DNA of 64,000 bases. Source: Nitrosomonadaceae bacterium (GTDB lineage Bacteria; Pseudomonadota; Gammaproteobacteria; Burkholderiales; Nitrosomonadaceae). Of the stretch, positions 27,926-40,288 are shown in pieces. A model generated the notes under the pieces. The model was not told the DNA's origin and did no database searches. It was given only the letters and a program-made list of their open reading frames with translations. The stretch is from positions 5,861 through 69,860 of the forward strand of contig CAKKRD010000040.1 of the NCBI GenBank assembly GCA_919902515.1. The letters are read 5' to 3'. Made by a program: the position numbers and the translations under genes. The number at the start of each line of letters is the position of its first letter. The first letter of the stretch is position 1.

Positions 27926-29118
27926 CTTAACTTTAGATGGCGGGTGTCCGCAACCACCTTGCGCACCGGCAATACTCCCGCCAGACGCGTCATTACCCGC
28001 TCGGCGGTCAGGCGATACGTTGTCAGTTTGCCGCCATAGACTGTCAGCAGGCGCGGATGATCCTGCCGATCTGGATGCAGCACCGTTTCACGCGAACGCG
28101 CGTTGACGGACAGCGCGCCGCCCTCAGTCCCGCTCTCGCTTGAGGGCAGCACCCGTAAACCCGCCATCGTTGCGAGTACTGGCTGTCCGCTACGGTACTG
28201 CGGAAAATAACGTGCGAGCGTCCGCAGTAAATATGCCTGCTCCTGCGGCAATGGCCTGACATCGGCCGGGTCGCCGTGATAGGCCGACTCGGTGGTGCCT
28301 ACCAGCGTGTTGCCCTGCCACGGCATCACAAATACCGCGCGCTTGTCTTCCGCTTCCACATAATAAATTCCCTGCGTGAGCGTACCCAGCACAACGATAT
28401 GCGTGCCCTGTACCAGATCAATCTTGAGTTGCGTAGGAACCGGGGTGATCCGGCTTAACACTTGCTGCACCCATGGCCCGGCCGCGTTCACCAGCACTGT
28501 CGCCGCACACGTCTCGATTTGTCCGTTATGCCGGTATTCGATGATGTTGTCGCGCTCGCTATTCTGACCCAGGCGGGCGCCAGTGAAGGTGGCGGGCATT
28601 TTCAGCTGTGCGCCCATCTGCTGCGCCGAGCACATCACCGCACGGGTCAGCGCCGCGTCATCGGTCTGCGCATCGCTGTATTGAAACACTGCTTGCAGAT
28701 CGGTGGTATCCAGCCCGTCCAGGTTTTGCCACAGGCCTGGCGGCACCCGGCGAAAACGTACTGCCGGCTGCAGGCCGCCCAGCAGTGCATAAAGGCTCAG
28801 TCCCGCGTGCAACAACCACGGGCGGCGGGTGGTATCACGATATACCGGGATGTAGAAAGGCTTGAGCTTGACCAGTTGCGGCGCCAGTTCGAGCAGCAGT
28901 GCGCGTTCGTGCAGGCATTCACGCACCAGCGAGAACTGCCCGCTTTCCAGATAGCGCAGCCCGCCGTGTATGAGTTTGCTGGAGCGGCTGGAGGTGCCAC
29001 TCGCAATCCCGGTCTGCTCGAGCACCATCACCGACAGGCCTCGTGCTGCCGCCGCTTGCGCAATACCCGCGCCATGGATGCCGCTACCGATGATGACCAG
29101 GTCGTAGAGTTCCGCCAT
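27922..29118 (-). CDS. FAD-dependent oxidoreductase, glycerol-3-phosphate dehydrogenase-like
   Basis: MAELYDLVIIGSGIHGAGIAQAAAARG (dinucleotide-binding fold) and SSRSSKLIHGGLRYLE (GlpD signature). Start trimmed to 29118. Confidence 0.75.
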   Translation of the reverse strand: MAELYDLVIIGSGIHGAGIAQAAAARGLSVMVLEQTGIASGTSSRSSKLIHGGLRYLESGQFSLVRECLHERALLLELAPQLVKLKPFYIPVYRDTTRRPWLLHAGLSLYALLGGLQPAVRFRRVPPGLWQNLDGLDTTDLQAVFQYSDAQTDDAALTRAVMCSAQQMGAQLKMPATFTGARLGQNSERDNIIEYRHNGQIETCAATVLVNAAGPWVQQVLSRITPVPTQLKIDLVQGTHIVVLGTLTQGIYYVEAEDKRAVFVMPWQGNTLVGTTESAYHGDPADVRPLPQEQAYLLRTLARYFPQYRSGQPVLATMAGLRVLPSSESGTEGGALSVNARSRETVLHPDRQDHPRLLTVYGGKLTTYRLTAERVMTRLAGVLPVRKVVADTRHLKLS

Positions 29119-29222
29119 CTGTTTTGGTATCTCTGATAAAGGCTGGAGCGAAGAGCTTACCCGCATCCCTCCGGCAGGACAAATTGTCGCGGCAGTGTCA
29201 TGCAGTGGCGTCCTATTTTGCC

Positions 29223-29252
29223 TTGAGCGAGTCCCGGCAAAAATGCTATAAT
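29223..29252 (+). promoter_or_regulatory. candidate sigma70 promoter for rpsB-tsf
   Basis: TTGAGC (29223-29228), an 18-nt spacer, then the extended -10 TGcTATAAT (29244-29252), about 145 nt upstream of the rpsB ATG. Confidence 0.4.
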
Positions 29253-29396
29253 CCCGCGCTGATCTGGCTCAGCAGGCTCAATTACAAGTCTGCGGTCAGG
29301 TCAAATTCGCATGCCCGTCAATCCCAGGGTGCTCTCTCCATAAAGGAAATGAGAGTGACTATGGCGGGCAGAGGCTCAACCCTATAGGAGAAGTTC

Positions 29397-30149
29397 ATGT
29401 CAGTAACCATGCGGCAAATGCTGGAAGCGGGTGTTCATTTCGGACACATGACCCGTTTCTGGAACCCCAAGATGGCGCCTTATATTTTCGGCCATCGCAA
29501 CAAGATACACATCATCAATCTGGAAAAAACCCTGGCAATGTACCAGGACGCAATAAAGTACGCGCGCCAATTATCGGCCAACAAGGGCAATATCCTGTTT
29601 GTCGGCACCAAGCGCCAGGCGCGCGATATCGTGCGCGAGGAAGCGCTGCGCTGCGGCTCTCCCTACGTAGACCAGCGCTGGCTGGGCGGGATGCTGACCA
29701 ATTTCAAGACGATGAAACTGTCCGTCAAACGCCTGCACGACATGGAGGCAATGACACAGGACGGCACCCTCGACAAGCTTACCAAGAAAGAAGCGCTGGA
29801 TATTCAGCGCGAACTGGAAAAACTGAATCGCAGCCTGGGCGGCATCAAGGATATGAAAGGCATACCCGATGCCATGTTCGTGATTGACGTGGGTTATCAC
29901 AAAGGTGCGATCACCGAAGCCAAGAAACTCGGCATCCCGGTAGTGGGTGTGGTGGATACCAATCACGATCCCAACGGAGTGGATTATGTAATTCCCGGCA
30001 ATGACGACTCCAGTCAGGCGATACGCCTGTACGCACGCGGCATGGCTGATGCAATTCTGGAAGGACGCAGTCAGATTGTGCACGAAATCATCAAGAATGA
30101 ATTCGTCGAAGTGGACGAAGCAATGACAGCAGAACGGTTTGCCGGATAG
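29397..30149 (+). CDS. rpsB: 30S ribosomal protein S2
   Basis: [26 protein letters not shown] is the canonical S2 N-terminus. Confidence 0.95.
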   Translation: MSVTMRQMLEAGVHFGHMTRFWNPKMAPYIFGHRNKIHIINLEKTLAMYQDAIKYARQLSANKGNILFVGTKRQARDIVREEALRCGSPYVDQRWLGGMLTNFKTMKLSVKRLHDMEAMTQDGTLDKLTKKEALDIQRELEKLNRSLGGIKDMKGIPDAMFVIDVGYHKGAITEAKKLGIPVVGVVDTNHDPNGVDYVIPGNDDSSQAIRLYARGMADAILEGRSQIVHEIIKNEFVEVDEAMTAERFAG

Positions 30150-30164
30150 GCCGCAAACAGAAAA

Positions 30165-30187
30165 GGGGGCCGACGGCCCCCTTTTTT
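30165..30187 (+). terminator. rho-independent terminator/attenuator between rpsB and tsf
   Basis: GGGGGCC-GAC-GGCCCCC followed by TTTTTT. Confidence 0.7.
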
Positions 30188-30248
30188 AACTGACCGGCGA
30201 TCTGAGCAGCAACTGCGAATCTTTTGAATAATTTTGTTGGAGTAGCAT

Positions 30249-31133
30249 ATGGTGGATATTACCGCGAGCATGGTGAAGGAGTTACGCGACCTGACCGGGC
30301 TCGGCATGATGGAATGCAAAAAAGCATTGACTGAAACCGCTGGCGACATGAAAGCGGCGGAAGACCTGCTGCGCATCAAAAGCGGCGCCAAGGCAAGCAA
30401 AGCTGCCGGGCGCATTGCGGCGGAAGGTATGGTAGGAGCATATATCGCGACCGATGGCAGGAGCGGGGCGCTGGTGGAAGTCAACTGCGAAACCGACTTT
30501 GTTGCCAGGAACGAAGACTTCATTAATTTCGCCTGCAACCTGGCACAACTGGTGACGACGCAGAATCTGGCCGATACCGATGCGTTGGCGGCGGCTACCT
30601 TGGCGAATGGCGAAAATGTAGAAGAGTTCCGCAAGGCGCTGGTAATGAAACTGGGTGAAAACATCAGCGTGCGCCGTTGCGTACGCTATGCGACGCAGGG
30701 GCAGCTTGCTTCTTATCTGCATGGCAGCCGAATCGGCGTGATGATCGATTACACCGGTGGCGACGAGACGCTGGGAAAAGACTTGGCGATGCATATTGCC
30801 GCCAGCAAACCGCTCTGTGTTTCCAGAGAGCAGGTAGCGCCCGATCTGCTGGCACGTGAGCGCCTGATTTACACCGCACAGGCAGCGGAAAGCGGCAAGC
30901 CCGCCGACATTGTGGCAAAAATGGTGGACGGACGTGTCGCCAAATACCTCGCCGAAGTAACGCTGCTCGGCCAACCTTTCGTCAAAGACCCGGAGCAGAC
31001 GGTGGAAAAACTGCTCGCAGCCAAATCCGCCAAAGTCAATGGCTTTACCATGTTTGTCGTGGGTGAAGGAATTGAAAAGAAATCCTGCGATTTCGCTGCC
31101 GAGGTAATGGCTCAGGTTAACCAGGCAAAATAA
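30249..31133 (+). CDS. tsf: elongation factor Ts
   Basis: [24 protein letters not shown] (UBA-like N-terminus of EF-Ts). Confidence 0.95.
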   Translation: MVDITASMVKELRDLTGLGMMECKKALTETAGDMKAAEDLLRIKSGAKASKAAGRIAAEGMVGAYIATDGRSGALVEVNCETDFVARNEDFINFACNLAQLVTTQNLADTDALAAATLANGENVEEFRKALVMKLGENISVRRCVRYATQGQLASYLHGSRIGVMIDYTGGDETLGKDLAMHIAASKPLCVSREQVAPDLLARERLIYTAQAAESGKPADIVAKMVDGRVAKYLAEVTLLGQPFVKDPEQTVEKLLAAKSAKVNGFTMFVVGEGIEKKSCDFAAEVMAQVNQAK

Positions 31134-31165
31134 GACCATTCACTGCAACCGGACTAACCGTACCC

Positions 31166-31882
31166 ATGACGACTACCGCCTATAAACGCATCTTGCTGAA
31201 ACTCTCGGGTGAAGCTCTGATGGGCGACGACAGCTACGGTATCAATCGCACCGTGATAGAACGTATTGTTGCCGAAATTGCCGAAGTAACCCGGCTCGGC
31301 GTCGAGGTGGCAGTGGTAATCGGCGGCGGTAACATTTTCCGCGGCATGACTTCAGCCGAGGGTGGCATGGATCGCGCCACCGCCGACTACATGGGGATGC
31401 TGGCTACGGTCATGAATGCGCTGGCGCTGCAGGATGCGATGCGCTGCGGCGGACTGGTGAGCCGGGTACAGTCGGCACTGCGTATCGATCAGGTGGTGGA
31501 ACCCTATATTCGCGGCAAGGCGATGCGCTATCTGGAGGAAGGCAAGATAGTCATTTTTGCCGCCGGCACCGGGAACCCCTTCTTCACTACTGATACGGCT
31601 GCCGCGTTGCGCGGCATGGAAATGAACGTGGATATCGTGCTCAAGGCCACCAAGGTGGATGGCGTCTATACCAGCGACCCAAAAACCAACCGCGATGCCG
31701 TACGCTACCAGAAACTGACGTTTGATGAGGCCATCGCCAAGAACCTGAAGGTGATGGATGCCACGGCGTTGACCCTGTGCCGCGACCAGAAGTTGCCGCT
31801 CAATGTATTCAGCCTCTTCAAAGCCGGGGCGTTGAAACGGGTGGTCATGGGTGAGGATGAAGGAACGCTGGTACGAGTCTGA
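31166..31882 (+). CDS. pyrH: UMP kinase
   Basis: [15 protein letters not shown]...[11 protein letters not shown]. Confidence 0.95.
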   Translation: MTTTAYKRILLKLSGEALMGDDSYGINRTVIERIVAEIAEVTRLGVEVAVVIGGGNIFRGMTSAEGGMDRATADYMGMLATVMNALALQDAMRCGGLVSRVQSALRIDQVVEPYIRGKAMRYLEEGKIVIFAAGTGNPFFTTDTAAALRGMEMNVDIVLKATKVDGVYTSDPKTNRDAVRYQKLTFDEAIAKNLKVMDATALTLCRDQKLPLNVFSLFKAGALKRVVMGEDEGTLVRV

Positions 31883-31946
31883 GTAACTGCGCGCCGCAGG
31901 ACAGTGCAGGTTTTTATTTCCAATCTTTCCGCACGAGATAAATATC

Positions 31947-32504
31947 ATGATTGCCGACATCAAGAAAGCCGCTGAGCAAAAAATGCAGAAAAGCCTGGAG
32001 GCATTGAAAACCGACTTGGGCAAAGTTCGAACCGGGCGGGCTCACACCGGCCTGCTCGATCACATCAGCGTGGATTATTACGGCACCCCCATGCCGATCA
32101 ACCAGGTGGCGAATATCAACCTGATAGATGCCCGCACCATTGGTGTTGCGCCCTGGGAAAAGAAAATGCTGGGCGTGGTTGAAAAAGCAATCCGTGACTC
32201 CGACCTGGGACTGAACCCCATGACTGTCGGCGAGGTGATACGGGTACCCATGCCAGCGCTGACCGAGGAGCGCCGCCGCGACCTTACCAAGGTAGTAAAG
32301 CATGAAGCGGAGACCGCGCGCGTAGCAATGCGCAATATCCGGCGCGATGCCAATGCGCATTTGAAGGAACTGCTCAAGGAAAAAAAAGTCGCCGAGGATG
32401 ACGAGCGCCGCGGACAGGATGAGATTCAGAAACTCACCGACCGCCATATCGCCGAAATCGACAAGATGCTGCAAATTAAGGAAGCCGAATTAATGGCGGT
32501 CTGA
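31947..32504 (+). CDS. frr: ribosome recycling factor
   Basis: [26 protein letters not shown]...RRDAN. Confidence 0.95.
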   Translation: MIADIKKAAEQKMQKSLEALKTDLGKVRTGRAHTGLLDHISVDYYGTPMPINQVANINLIDARTIGVAPWEKKMLGVVEKAIRDSDLGLNPMTVGEVIRVPMPALTEERRRDLTKVVKHEAETARVAMRNIRRDANAHLKELLKEKKVAEDDERRGQDEIQKLTDRHIAEIDKMLQIKEAELMAV

Positions 32505-32528
32505 TCCAATTCAGAACTGCACTCCCCC

Positions 32529-33326
32529 ATGTCCACTGTTATCAGTTCAACCCGCGCAATACCTGAAACCGGAATAATCCCCCGGCATGTCGCCATCATC
32601 ATGGACGGCAACGGCCGCTGGGCGAAGAACCGCTTCATGCCACGAGTGGCCGGACACAAGCGGGCGATGGAAACGGTGCGCGGCGTGGTCAAGGCCTGCG
32701 GCGAGCGCGGTATCGGCTACCTCACGTTATTCGCTTTCAGCAGCGAAAATTGGCGCAGGCCGAAGGATGAAGTTTCTGTCCTGATGCAGCTTTTCATCGT
32801 CGCGCTGGAGCAGGAAGTGGTCAAGCTGCATGAGAATGGTATCCGCTTCAAGGTGGTCGGCGATTTATCGAAGTTCGAGCCGAAAATAGTTGAATTCATC
32901 CGCAACGGCGAGAGGCTGACCGCCGCCAACACCAAGCTTACGCTTACGATTGCAGCTAATTATGGCGGACGTTGGGACATCATGCAGGCGACCCGCAGCA
33001 TGCTGGCGCAACACCCTGAATTAGCCGGCGGTTTCGAGGAAGAGGATTTGATGCCGCATTTCGCCATGAGCTACGCGCCGGAGCCGGATCTGTTTATCCG
33101 CACCGGCGGCGAGCAGCGCATCAGCAATTTTCTGTTGTGGCAACTCGCCTATACCGAGCTTTATTTCACCGACACCCTGTGGCCGGATTTCGACGCTCAG
33201 GCGCTGGACCTTGCAATCCAATCATATCAGCAACGCGAGCGCCGTTTTGGCCGTACCAGCGAGCAGCTCAAAATATCACCATCCGCCGAAGGAACGAGAA
33301 GAGTTGCGGCCGACCAATCGGCATAG
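32529..33326 (+). CDS. uppS: di-trans,poly-cis-undecaprenyl-diphosphate synthase
   Basis: [16 protein letters not shown]...[14 protein letters not shown]...[15 protein letters not shown]. Confidence 0.9.
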   Translation: MSTVISSTRAIPETGIIPRHVAIIMDGNGRWAKNRFMPRVAGHKRAMETVRGVVKACGERGIGYLTLFAFSSENWRRPKDEVSVLMQLFIVALEQEVVKLHENGIRFKVVGDLSKFEPKIVEFIRNGERLTAANTKLTLTIAANYGGRWDIMQATRSMLAQHPELAGGFEEEDLMPHFAMSYAPEPDLFIRTGGEQRISNFLLWQLAYTELYFTDTLWPDFDAQALDLAIQSYQQRERRFGRTSEQLKISPSAEGTRRVAADQSA

Positions 33327-33374
33327 CCCTCGCACATTCCCAACCGATGAAGTTTTTTGTTGGGACCCTCATTC

Positions 33375-34190
33375 ATGCTTAAAACCCGCATCCTAACCGC
33401 CGTCATCGCGCTGCTCCTGTTTCTGGCAGCGCTGTTTTATTTGTCGGCGATTTTCTGGATGACATTGCTGCTTGCCCTGGTGGTGATGGGTGCAGTGGAA
33501 TGGAGCAAGCTGGCAAAGTTCTCCGTTGCCCACTCGACTGTTTATCTGACATCCACCGCCTTACTGGGCGGAGAACTGCTGTATGTATTGAGCCGGGCGG
33601 TTCTGATCGACCCTTACACTACCGCATTCCTGTGGCTCTACGCCGCATCACTGGCATTCTGGATGCTGGCTGCGCCAGCTCTTCTGAAATCTAACTATCC
33701 GATCAAAAGTCCGGTTCTGCTGGCGCTGATAGGCTGGTTGCTGCTGTTGCCGACTGGTCTTGCCTTGTATCAGTTACGCGCCATCAGTCCACTGCTTCTG
33801 CTGGGTTTCATGGCAGCCATCTGGATTTCCGACACCGCGGCGTATTTCACCGGACGCACGTTTGGCAAGCATAAGCTCGCACCCCGCATCAGTCCCGGCA
33901 AGACCTGGGAGGGTGTGGCCGGAGCGCTGGCAGCGGTTTCCATCTATGCGCTGATATGGAGCCAGATGGCGACAGAACAAACTCAAGTCGTGTTACTGCT
34001 GCCGTTGTTGCTGGTACTGGCCGCGCTGGGCATCGTCGGTGATCTGTTCGAATCCCTGATGAAACGTCATGCCGGCGTCAAGGATAGCGGCAATATTTTG
34101 CCCGGCCACGGTGGTATACTTGACCGCATCGATGCACTCACTTCAACTCTGCCTGCCGCTGTTCTGGCGCTGCTGATTTTTACTGTCTAA
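33375..34190 (+). CDS. cdsA: phosphatidate cytidylyltransferase
   Basis: Multi-TM protein with SPGKTWEG and the C-terminal KRHAGVKDSGNILPGHGGILDRID signature. Start set to the ATG at 33375. Confidence 0.85.
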   Translation: MLKTRILTAVIALLLFLAALFYLSAIFWMTLLLALVVMGAVEWSKLAKFSVAHSTVYLTSTALLGGELLYVLSRAVLIDPYTTAFLWLYAASLAFWMLAAPALLKSNYPIKSPVLLALIGWLLLLPTGLALYQLRAISPLLLLGFMAAIWISDTAAYFTGRTFGKHKLAPRISPGKTWEGVAGALAAVSIYALIWSQMATEQTQVVLLLPLLLVLAALGIVGDLFESLMKRHAGVKDSGNILPGHGGILDRIDALTSTLPAAVLALLIFTV

Positions 34191-34193
34191 ATT

Positions 34194-35381
34194 ATGACTA
34201 CCGTCCGTCATCTCACCATACTCGGCTCTACCGGCAGCATCGGCGTAAGTACACTGGATGTGGTCGCACGTCACCCTGATCGATTTCAGGTCGTTGCGCT
34301 CACCGCCAATAGCAGTACCGAAAAAATGCTGGAACAGTGCCGCCGCTTCCAGCCGCGTTATGCGGTCATGCTGGATGCAGCCAGTGGGGAAAAATTACAG
34401 ACGGAAATTCGCGCGGCAGGACTTGCCACCGAAGTTCTGTGGGGAGTGGAATCTCTGGAGAAAGTGGCATCGCTGCCCGAGGTGGATGCCGTAATGGCTG
34501 CTATCGTCGGTGCCGCCGGTATACGCCCCACCTTCGCCGCCGCCCGCGCAGGCAAGCAGGTACTGCTCGCCAACAAGGAAACCCTGGTGATGGCGGGGCG
34601 TATTTTCATGGACGTGGTCAAGCAGCATCATGCCACGCTGCTACCGATAGACAGCGAACATAACGCCATCTTCCAGTCACTACCGCAGCATTTCACCGGA
34701 GATCTGGCCGCAGTCGGGGTGCGCCGCATTCTGCTGACTGCATCCGGCGGACCGTTCCGGCAAGCATCGCTGGCGTCACTGGAACAAGTAACACCGGAGC
34801 AGGCTTGTGCTCATCCTAACTGGGTGATGGGACAGAAGATTTCAGTGGACTCCGCCACCATGATGAACAAGGGGCTGGAAGTAATTGAGGCGCACTGGCT
34901 GTTTGATGCCGCCCCTGAGCAAATCCAGGTAGTGATCCATCCGCAAAGCGTGATTCATTCCATGGTCGAATATGTGGACGGTTCGGTGCTGGCGCAATTG
35001 GGTAATCCAGACATGCGTACCCCGATTGCGCATGCCCTGGGCTTTCCGGAGCGCATTGAAACGGGGGTGGCACCTCTGGACATGTTCAAGATCGGCCAGC
35101 TGGATTTTGAAGCGCCGGATTTCAAACGCTTTCCCTGTCTGGGCCTCGCCTACCAGGCGCTTGCCGCCGGTGGCAGCGCCCCGGCCATACTCAACGCTGC
35201 CAACGAAGTGGCAGTAGAATCCTTTCTCAAACGTCGCATGCCGTTTACCGCAATTCCAGCCATGATCGAACAAGTCATGCAGACGGTCAGCCGCAAGGAT
35301 ATCGCCACTCTGGAAGATGTCTTGGCAGCAGACCATGTAGCACGCGAAACCGCGCATGAGTGGCTGGCGTCTCTGGTGTAA
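34194..35381 (+). CDS. dxr: 1-deoxy-D-xylulose 5-phosphate reductoisomerase
   Basis: [17 protein letters not shown]...LANKE...DSEHNAIFQ...[21 protein letters not shown]. Confidence 0.95.
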   Translation: MTTVRHLTILGSTGSIGVSTLDVVARHPDRFQVVALTANSSTEKMLEQCRRFQPRYAVMLDAASGEKLQTEIRAAGLATEVLWGVESLEKVASLPEVDAVMAAIVGAAGIRPTFAAARAGKQVLLANKETLVMAGRIFMDVVKQHHATLLPIDSEHNAIFQSLPQHFTGDLAAVGVRRILLTASGGPFRQASLASLEQVTPEQACAHPNWVMGQKISVDSATMMNKGLEVIEAHWLFDAAPEQIQVVIHPQSVIHSMVEYVDGSVLAQLGNPDMRTPIAHALGFPERIETGVAPLDMFKIGQLDFEAPDFKRFPCLGLAYQALAAGGSAPAILNAANEVAVESFLKRRMPFTAIPAMIEQVMQTVSRKDIATLEDVLAADHVARETAHEWLASLV

Positions 35382-35412
35382 AGTGTCAGGAACATCATCC
35401 CCCGAAAATGCC

Positions 35413-35442
35413 CCGGCTGCCGCCAGCCTGGTTATTTTTTTT
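35413..35442 (+). terminator. weak candidate terminator after dxr
   Basis: CCGGCTG-CCGC-CAGCCTGG imperfect stem followed, after 4 nt, by a T8 run (35435-35442). Confidence 0.35.
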
Positions 35443-35540
35443 CCGTCCCGCTCTCTTGCCCCTGTTTGCCAGGAGACAGCAAGACGTAGCGCCTCAAGTT
35501 CTTTGCTGGAACTATTTTTGCGTCACATCCATCCTGGCAC

Positions 35541-36914
35541 ATGGGTATGACGCTCCTTGTTACGATCATTGCTTTTGTCGTCGCCCTGGGCGTACTGATC
35601 GTATTCCACGAATTTGGCCATTACCTGGTAGCGCGCTGGTGCGGAGTAAAAGTACTGCGCTTTTCGATCGGTTTTGGTCGACCTCTGCTGAGGAAACGCT
35701 GGGGGAAAGATCAGACCGAATGGGTGATAGCCGCTTTTCCTCTCGGCGGTTACGTCAAGATGCTGGATGAGCGTGAAGGCGAAGTCGCTCCGCAGGAGTT
35801 GCCACGCTCGTTCAACCGCAAATCGGTCGCACGTCGCAGCGCCATAGTCGCGGCAGGACCCATCGCTAATTTTCTGCTGGCCATCCTGCTTTACTGTTTT
35901 CTGTTCATGCTCGGCACCAGCGGAATGAAGCCGATCTTGGGACCAGTGGTCCCGGCAACACCCGCTGCATTTGCGGCTTTCGAGGCTGGAGAGACCATCG
36001 TAAAAATCGGTACCGAGCCTGTGGCGACCTGGCAGGATGCACGCTGGCTGCTGCTGGCGCAGGTCGTGGATAAATCTCCGGCTGTAACCGTGGAAACTCT
36101 CAATCAGCGTGGGGAAATCAGTTGGCGCAAACTGGATTTGAGCAACTTTCACGCCGATGACCTGGACGGGGATTTTCTGAAGAAAATCGGCCTGAGCAGT
36201 TATCAGCCCGCAATAAAACCCGTCATTGCCCAGGTAACAGCGGATGGCGCGGGTAATCGTGCCGGCTTGCTGGCAGATGATGAAATTCTGGCCGTAAACG
36301 GGCAGAACATTGCAAACTGGGAAGAACTGGTGCGGCAGATACGCGCCAACCCGGGACAGTCACTGCTGCTGCAAATTCATCGCGGTAATTCTGTCCTCGA
36401 CATCAGCGTCACTCCTGATACGGCAACTGAAAAAGGCGAGAGAATCGGCAAGATCGGCGTTGGCCCCAAAATTGACCCTGCCGAACTGGAAGGACTGCTG
36501 GTAAAAACCAGTTATCCGCTGGGTGTATCCATAGTCAAGGCGGTGGATAGAACCTGGGAGACATCGGTATTTACGCTGCGCATGCTGGGGAAAATGGTAA
36601 TGGGAGATGTGTCGTGGAAAAATGTCAGCGGACCCATTACAATTGCCGATTACGCCGGGCAGTCAGCGCAAATGGGGCTTGCGCCTTATCTGGGCTTTCT
36701 CGCGCTCATCAGCATCAGCCTGGGGGTGCTGAATCTCCTGCCCATCCCGATACTGGATGGGGGGCATTTGATGTATTATCTGATCGAGATCGTCAAAGGC
36801 AGTCCGCTTTCTGACACGGCCATGGAAGTTGGTCAGCGGGTGGGGATGGCGCTGTTGTTTGCCCTGATGGCTTTTGCCATATATAACGACATCAGTCGGC
36901 TTATCTCCGGTTAA
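35541..36914 (+). CDS. rseP: RIP zinc metalloprotease RseP
   Basis: HEFGHYLVAR (HExxH), two PDZ-like regions, and the C-terminal NLLPIPILDGGH motif. Confidence 0.9.
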   Translation: MGMTLLVTIIAFVVALGVLIVFHEFGHYLVARWCGVKVLRFSIGFGRPLLRKRWGKDQTEWVIAAFPLGGYVKMLDEREGEVAPQELPRSFNRKSVARRSAIVAAGPIANFLLAILLYCFLFMLGTSGMKPILGPVVPATPAAFAAFEAGETIVKIGTEPVATWQDARWLLLAQVVDKSPAVTVETLNQRGEISWRKLDLSNFHADDLDGDFLKKIGLSSYQPAIKPVIAQVTADGAGNRAGLLADDEILAVNGQNIANWEELVRQIRANPGQSLLLQIHRGNSVLDISVTPDTATEKGERIGKIGVGPKIDPAELEGLLVKTSYPLGVSIVKAVDRTWETSVFTLRMLGKMVMGDVSWKNVSGPITIADYAGQSAQMGLAPYLGFLALISISLGVLNLLPIPILDGGHLMYYLIEIVKGSPLSDTAMEVGQRVGMALLFALMAFAIYNDISRLISG

Positions 36915-36917
36915 AAA

Positions 36918-39203
36918 ATGAAAATCAGGTATCTGGCCGCGCTTGCCGTCACTTTCTGTTCTTCGCTTTCATGGGCAATCGAACCGTTCGTGGTCAAGGA
37001 TATCCGGGTGGATGGCATACAACGCACCGAAGCGGGCACGGTGTTCAGTTATCTGCCGGTGAAGGTGGGCGACATACTGGACGACGAAAAAGCCGCGGCG
37101 GCAATCAAGGCTCTCTATGCCACCGGTTTTTTCAAGGATGTGCGACTGGAGTCGGACAACGGCGTCCTGCTGGTGGTGGTGGAAGAACGTCCGGCCATTG
37201 CGCAGATCAATATAGTCGGCGCCAAAGAATTCGAGAAGGGTAAATTGAAGGACGGCCTGAAGCAGGCAGGTCTGACGGAATCGCGCATCTTTGATCGTTC
37301 GCTGCTGGAAAGAGCAGAGCAAGAGTTGAAGCAGCAGTACATCAGCCGCGGCAGATACGCAGTAAAGATTACCACTACTACCACACCGCTCGAGCGTAAT
37401 CGCGTGGCCATCAACTTCGACATAGATGAAGGAGAGGTCGCCAAGATACGCAAAATAAATATCGTCGGCAACCAGGCTTTCAAGGAAAAGGAATTACTCA
37501 GCCAGTTTGTACTCAGAACCCCCGGTCTGTTGACCTGGTTCACCAAGGACGATCAGTATTCGAAACAGAAGCTGGGTGGCGACCTGGAAACACTGCGCTC
37601 TTACTATCTCAATCGCGGCTATCTGGAACTCAGCATTGATTCTACTCAGGTGTCGATCACGCCAGACATGCAGGATATTTATATCACGATAAATATTACT
37701 GAGGGTGCCAACTATACGGTTTCCGAGATCAAGCTGGCGGGTGAAATGCTGCTGCCGGAAACGGAGTTGCGCAAGCTCATCAAACTTGCGCCGGGCGAAG
37801 TGTTCGCGCGCGAGAAGCTGACTGAATCAGTCAAACTCATCACCGACCGGCTGGGCAATGATGGCTATGCGTTCGCCAATGTCAACGCAGCGCCGGAAAT
37901 AGATAAGGAAAAAAGACAGGTAGGGTTCACTTTTTTTATCGATCCGGGCCGCCGGGTTTACGTGAGGCGCATCAACATAACCGGCAATGAACGCACGCGC
38001 GATGAGGTGATACGCCGGGAAATGCGTCAATTCGAAGGTGGCTGGTATTCAACCGCCAAAATCGCGCAGTCCAAGTTGCGTGTGGACAGGCTGAATTTTT
38101 TCAATGCCGTCAATTTGGAAACGCCTGCAGTTCCAGGCGTCACCGATCAGGTTGACATCAATGTCGATGTCAAGGAGAAGCCTACCGGCGCCGTGATGTT
38201 TGGCGCGGGCTATGCCCAGCAACAGGGCCTGATATTGACCGCCTCCGTTGCCCAGGACAATATCTTCGGCAGCGGGAAAAACGTCGCGCTCAACGTCAGT
38301 ACCGGCCAGATCAATAAAGTGTACTCATTGTCATTCACCGATCCTTACTTCACCAAGAACGGGGTAAGCGCCGGCTTTGATATTTATAACCGCCACCTTA
38401 ATACCAATATGCTGTTGGGGGTGGGTGCCTTTAATACCGCCACCACCGGTGCCGGTGTGCGCTTCGGTATTCCGGTTAACGAAAATGACACCGTCTCGTT
38501 TGGCGTGGGTGCGGAACAGACGGATATAAAATCGATCGGTAACGTTAAGCGTAATCAAGATTTTGTGGACACTTTCGGGAGAGTCACCCTTAATCTTCCG
38601 GTAACGCTAAGCTGGGCGCGTGACGGGCGTGACAGCGCCATCTGGACTACCAGCGGCACCACCCATCGAGTATTTCTCGAAGCGGGGGTGCCGGGTGGCG
38701 ATCTCCAGTACTACAAGGCAAGCTACGCTCTCAAGTGGTTTTATCCCATTTCAAAGGATTTCACCCTGATGCTGCATGGTGAGGCCGGAACCGGTAATGG
38801 TTATAATGGACAACCGCTGGCTTTCTTCAAGAATTTCTTTGCCGGCGGCAACACTTCGGTGCGCGGTTACTATATTAGCTCGCTGGGTCCGCGTGACGAC
38901 AAGGGCAGGTCGCTGGGCGGTAACCAGCGTGTCGTCGGCAGTGCGGAGCTGATGTTCCCGCTTCCCGGCATGAAGAACGACAGATCGGTACGCCTGAGCG
39001 CGTTTCTGGATGCTGGTACCGTATTCGGTCCTGGTGGTGACCCGGCGTTCAGGGCGAATGAGGGAATGCGTTATTCCACCGGGCTCGCCGTTATGTGGAT
39101 TTCCCCGATGGGGCCGCTAAAAGTCAGTCTCGCAGAGCCGCTGAATGACCAGCCAGGCGATAGAATACAACGATTCCAGTTTCAATTTGGACAGACGTTC
39201 TAA
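36918..39203 (+). CDS. bamA: outer membrane protein assembly factor BamA
   Basis: Signal peptide, POTRA repeats ([13 protein letters not shown]..., [13 protein letters not shown]..., [20 protein letters not shown]) and a C-terminal beta-barrel ending FQFGQTF. Confidence 0.95.
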   Translation: MKIRYLAALAVTFCSSLSWAIEPFVVKDIRVDGIQRTEAGTVFSYLPVKVGDILDDEKAAAAIKALYATGFFKDVRLESDNGVLLVVVEERPAIAQINIVGAKEFEKGKLKDGLKQAGLTESRIFDRSLLERAEQELKQQYISRGRYAVKITTTTTPLERNRVAINFDIDEGEVAKIRKINIVGNQAFKEKELLSQFVLRTPGLLTWFTKDDQYSKQKLGGDLETLRSYYLNRGYLELSIDSTQVSITPDMQDIYITINITEGANYTVSEIKLAGEMLLPETELRKLIKLAPGEVFAREKLTESVKLITDRLGNDGYAFANVNAAPEIDKEKRQVGFTFFIDPGRRVYVRRINITGNERTRDEVIRREMRQFEGGWYSTAKIAQSKLRVDRLNFFNAVNLETPAVPGVTDQVDINVDVKEKPTGAVMFGAGYAQQQGLILTASVAQDNIFGSGKNVALNVSTGQINKVYSLSFTDPYFTKNGVSAGFDIYNRHLNTNMLLGVGAFNTATTGAGVRFGIPVNENDTVSFGVGAEQTDIKSIGNVKRNQDFVDTFGRVTLNLPVTLSWARDGRDSAIWTTSGTTHRVFLEAGVPGGDLQYYKASYALKWFYPISKDFTLMLHGEAGTGNGYNGQPLAFFKNFFAGGNTSVRGYYISSLGPRDDKGRSLGGNQRVVGSAELMFPLPGMKNDRSVRLSAFLDAGTVFGPGGDPAFRANEGMRYSTGLAVMWISPMGPLKVSLAEPLNDQPGDRIQRFQFQFGQTF

Positions 39204-39211
39204 ATTTGGCA

Positions 39212-39760
39212 ATGATCAACCAGGAGAGAAAATTGAAGCAGAAAGCTCAATGTCGGCAAATTTTAACCGCCACGTGCATGATCATTGCATCCGTAGGCAT
39301 TCCCTTCAATGTCTATGCGAGCGAAATCAAGATTGGCATAGTCAATACCGAGAGAATCCTGATCGAATCGGCACCGGCTGTGCGCGCGCAGAAAAAAATA
39401 GAAAAGGAATTCCTGCCGCGCGACCAGGAACTCAAGAAAATGGCAGCGCAAGTGAAGGCGCTGCAGGAGCAACTGGAAAAGGACGGCATGGCCATGCCGG
39501 AAACGGATCGGCGCGGCAAGGAACGTGAGCTTGCCAACCTCAATCGTGAATATCAGCGTAGCCAACGACAGATGCGGGAAGATCTGAGTCTGCGGCAGAA
39601 CGATGAATTTGCTGCGATCCAGTTGAACGCCAGCAAAGTCATACAAGCCATCGCCGAAGCGGAGAAATACGACCTGATCCTGCAGTTGCAGGATTCGGTT
39701 TACCGCAGTCAGCGCATCGATATTACCGACAAAGTTATCAAAGCATTGGCTGATAAATAG
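39212..39760 (+). CDS. skp: periplasmic chaperone Skp (OmpH)
   Basis: Signal peptide ending VYA|SEIKIGIVN, a coiled-coil Lys/Glu/Gln-rich body, and position directly after bamA. The start is uncertain; an in-frame TTG at 39233 lies behind GGAGAG. Confidence 0.8.
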   Translation: MINQERKLKQKAQCRQILTATCMIIASVGIPFNVYASEIKIGIVNTERILIESAPAVRAQKKIEKEFLPRDQELKKMAAQVKALQEQLEKDGMAMPETDRRGKERELANLNREYQRSQRQMREDLSLRQNDEFAAIQLNASKVIQAIAEAEKYDLILQLQDSVYRSQRIDITDKVIKALADK

Positions 39761-39792
39761 CCATGGAAAACGAAAATCTGAAAGAGGAAAGC

Positions 39793-40236
39793 ATGAATGC
39801 CATGGATATTCATGAAATCCTGGAATATCTGCCTCACCGCTATCCTTTCTTGCTGGTAGACCGGGTACTTTCCTGCGAACCGGGCAAGGACATAGTCGCG
39901 CTCAAGAATGTGACCATCAACGAACCCTTCTTTGTTGGGCACTTTCCCCATCATCCCGTCATGCCGGGCGTATTGATCATCGAAGCGCTGGCCCAGGCTG
40001 CAGCGATCTTGACCCTCAAAACTGCAGGGGTGAAAGCTGACAATGACTCGATTTATTATTTTGTCGGGATAGACGGCGCCCGCTTCAAGAAACCGGTGCA
40101 GGCAGGCGATCAGTTGCTGCTCAAGGTAGCCATCACGCGGCAGGTAAGAGGAATCTGGAAGTATTCCGCCCGCGCGGAAGTGGCAGGCCAGCTTGCTACC
40201 GAGGCTGAATTGATGTGCACGATGCGGAGCATTTGA
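39793..40236 (+). CDS. fabZ: 3-hydroxyacyl-ACP dehydratase FabZ
   Basis: [13 protein letters not shown]...[30 protein letters not shown] lies upstream of the ATG at 39793. The track ORF starts at 39763. Confidence 0.9.
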   Translation: MNAMDIHEILEYLPHRYPFLLVDRVLSCEPGKDIVALKNVTINEPFFVGHFPHHPVMPGVLIIEALAQAAAILTLKTAGVKADNDSIYYFVGIDGARFKKPVQAGDQLLLKVAITRQVRGIWKYSARAEVAGQLATEAELMCTMRSI

Positions 40237-40288
40237 GGATCTGCGCCGCAATCCGCGCGCCTGCATCAGAAGCCGGAGATCAAGAGCA

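Noticed and set aside
29260-29396. rpsB 5' leader as a known structured autoregulatory element or SRP-like RNA (contains GGTCAGGTC).
   Set aside because: I could find only short imperfect stems. The SRP domain IV motif is absent. A leader structure may exist, but I cannot support it from sequence alone.
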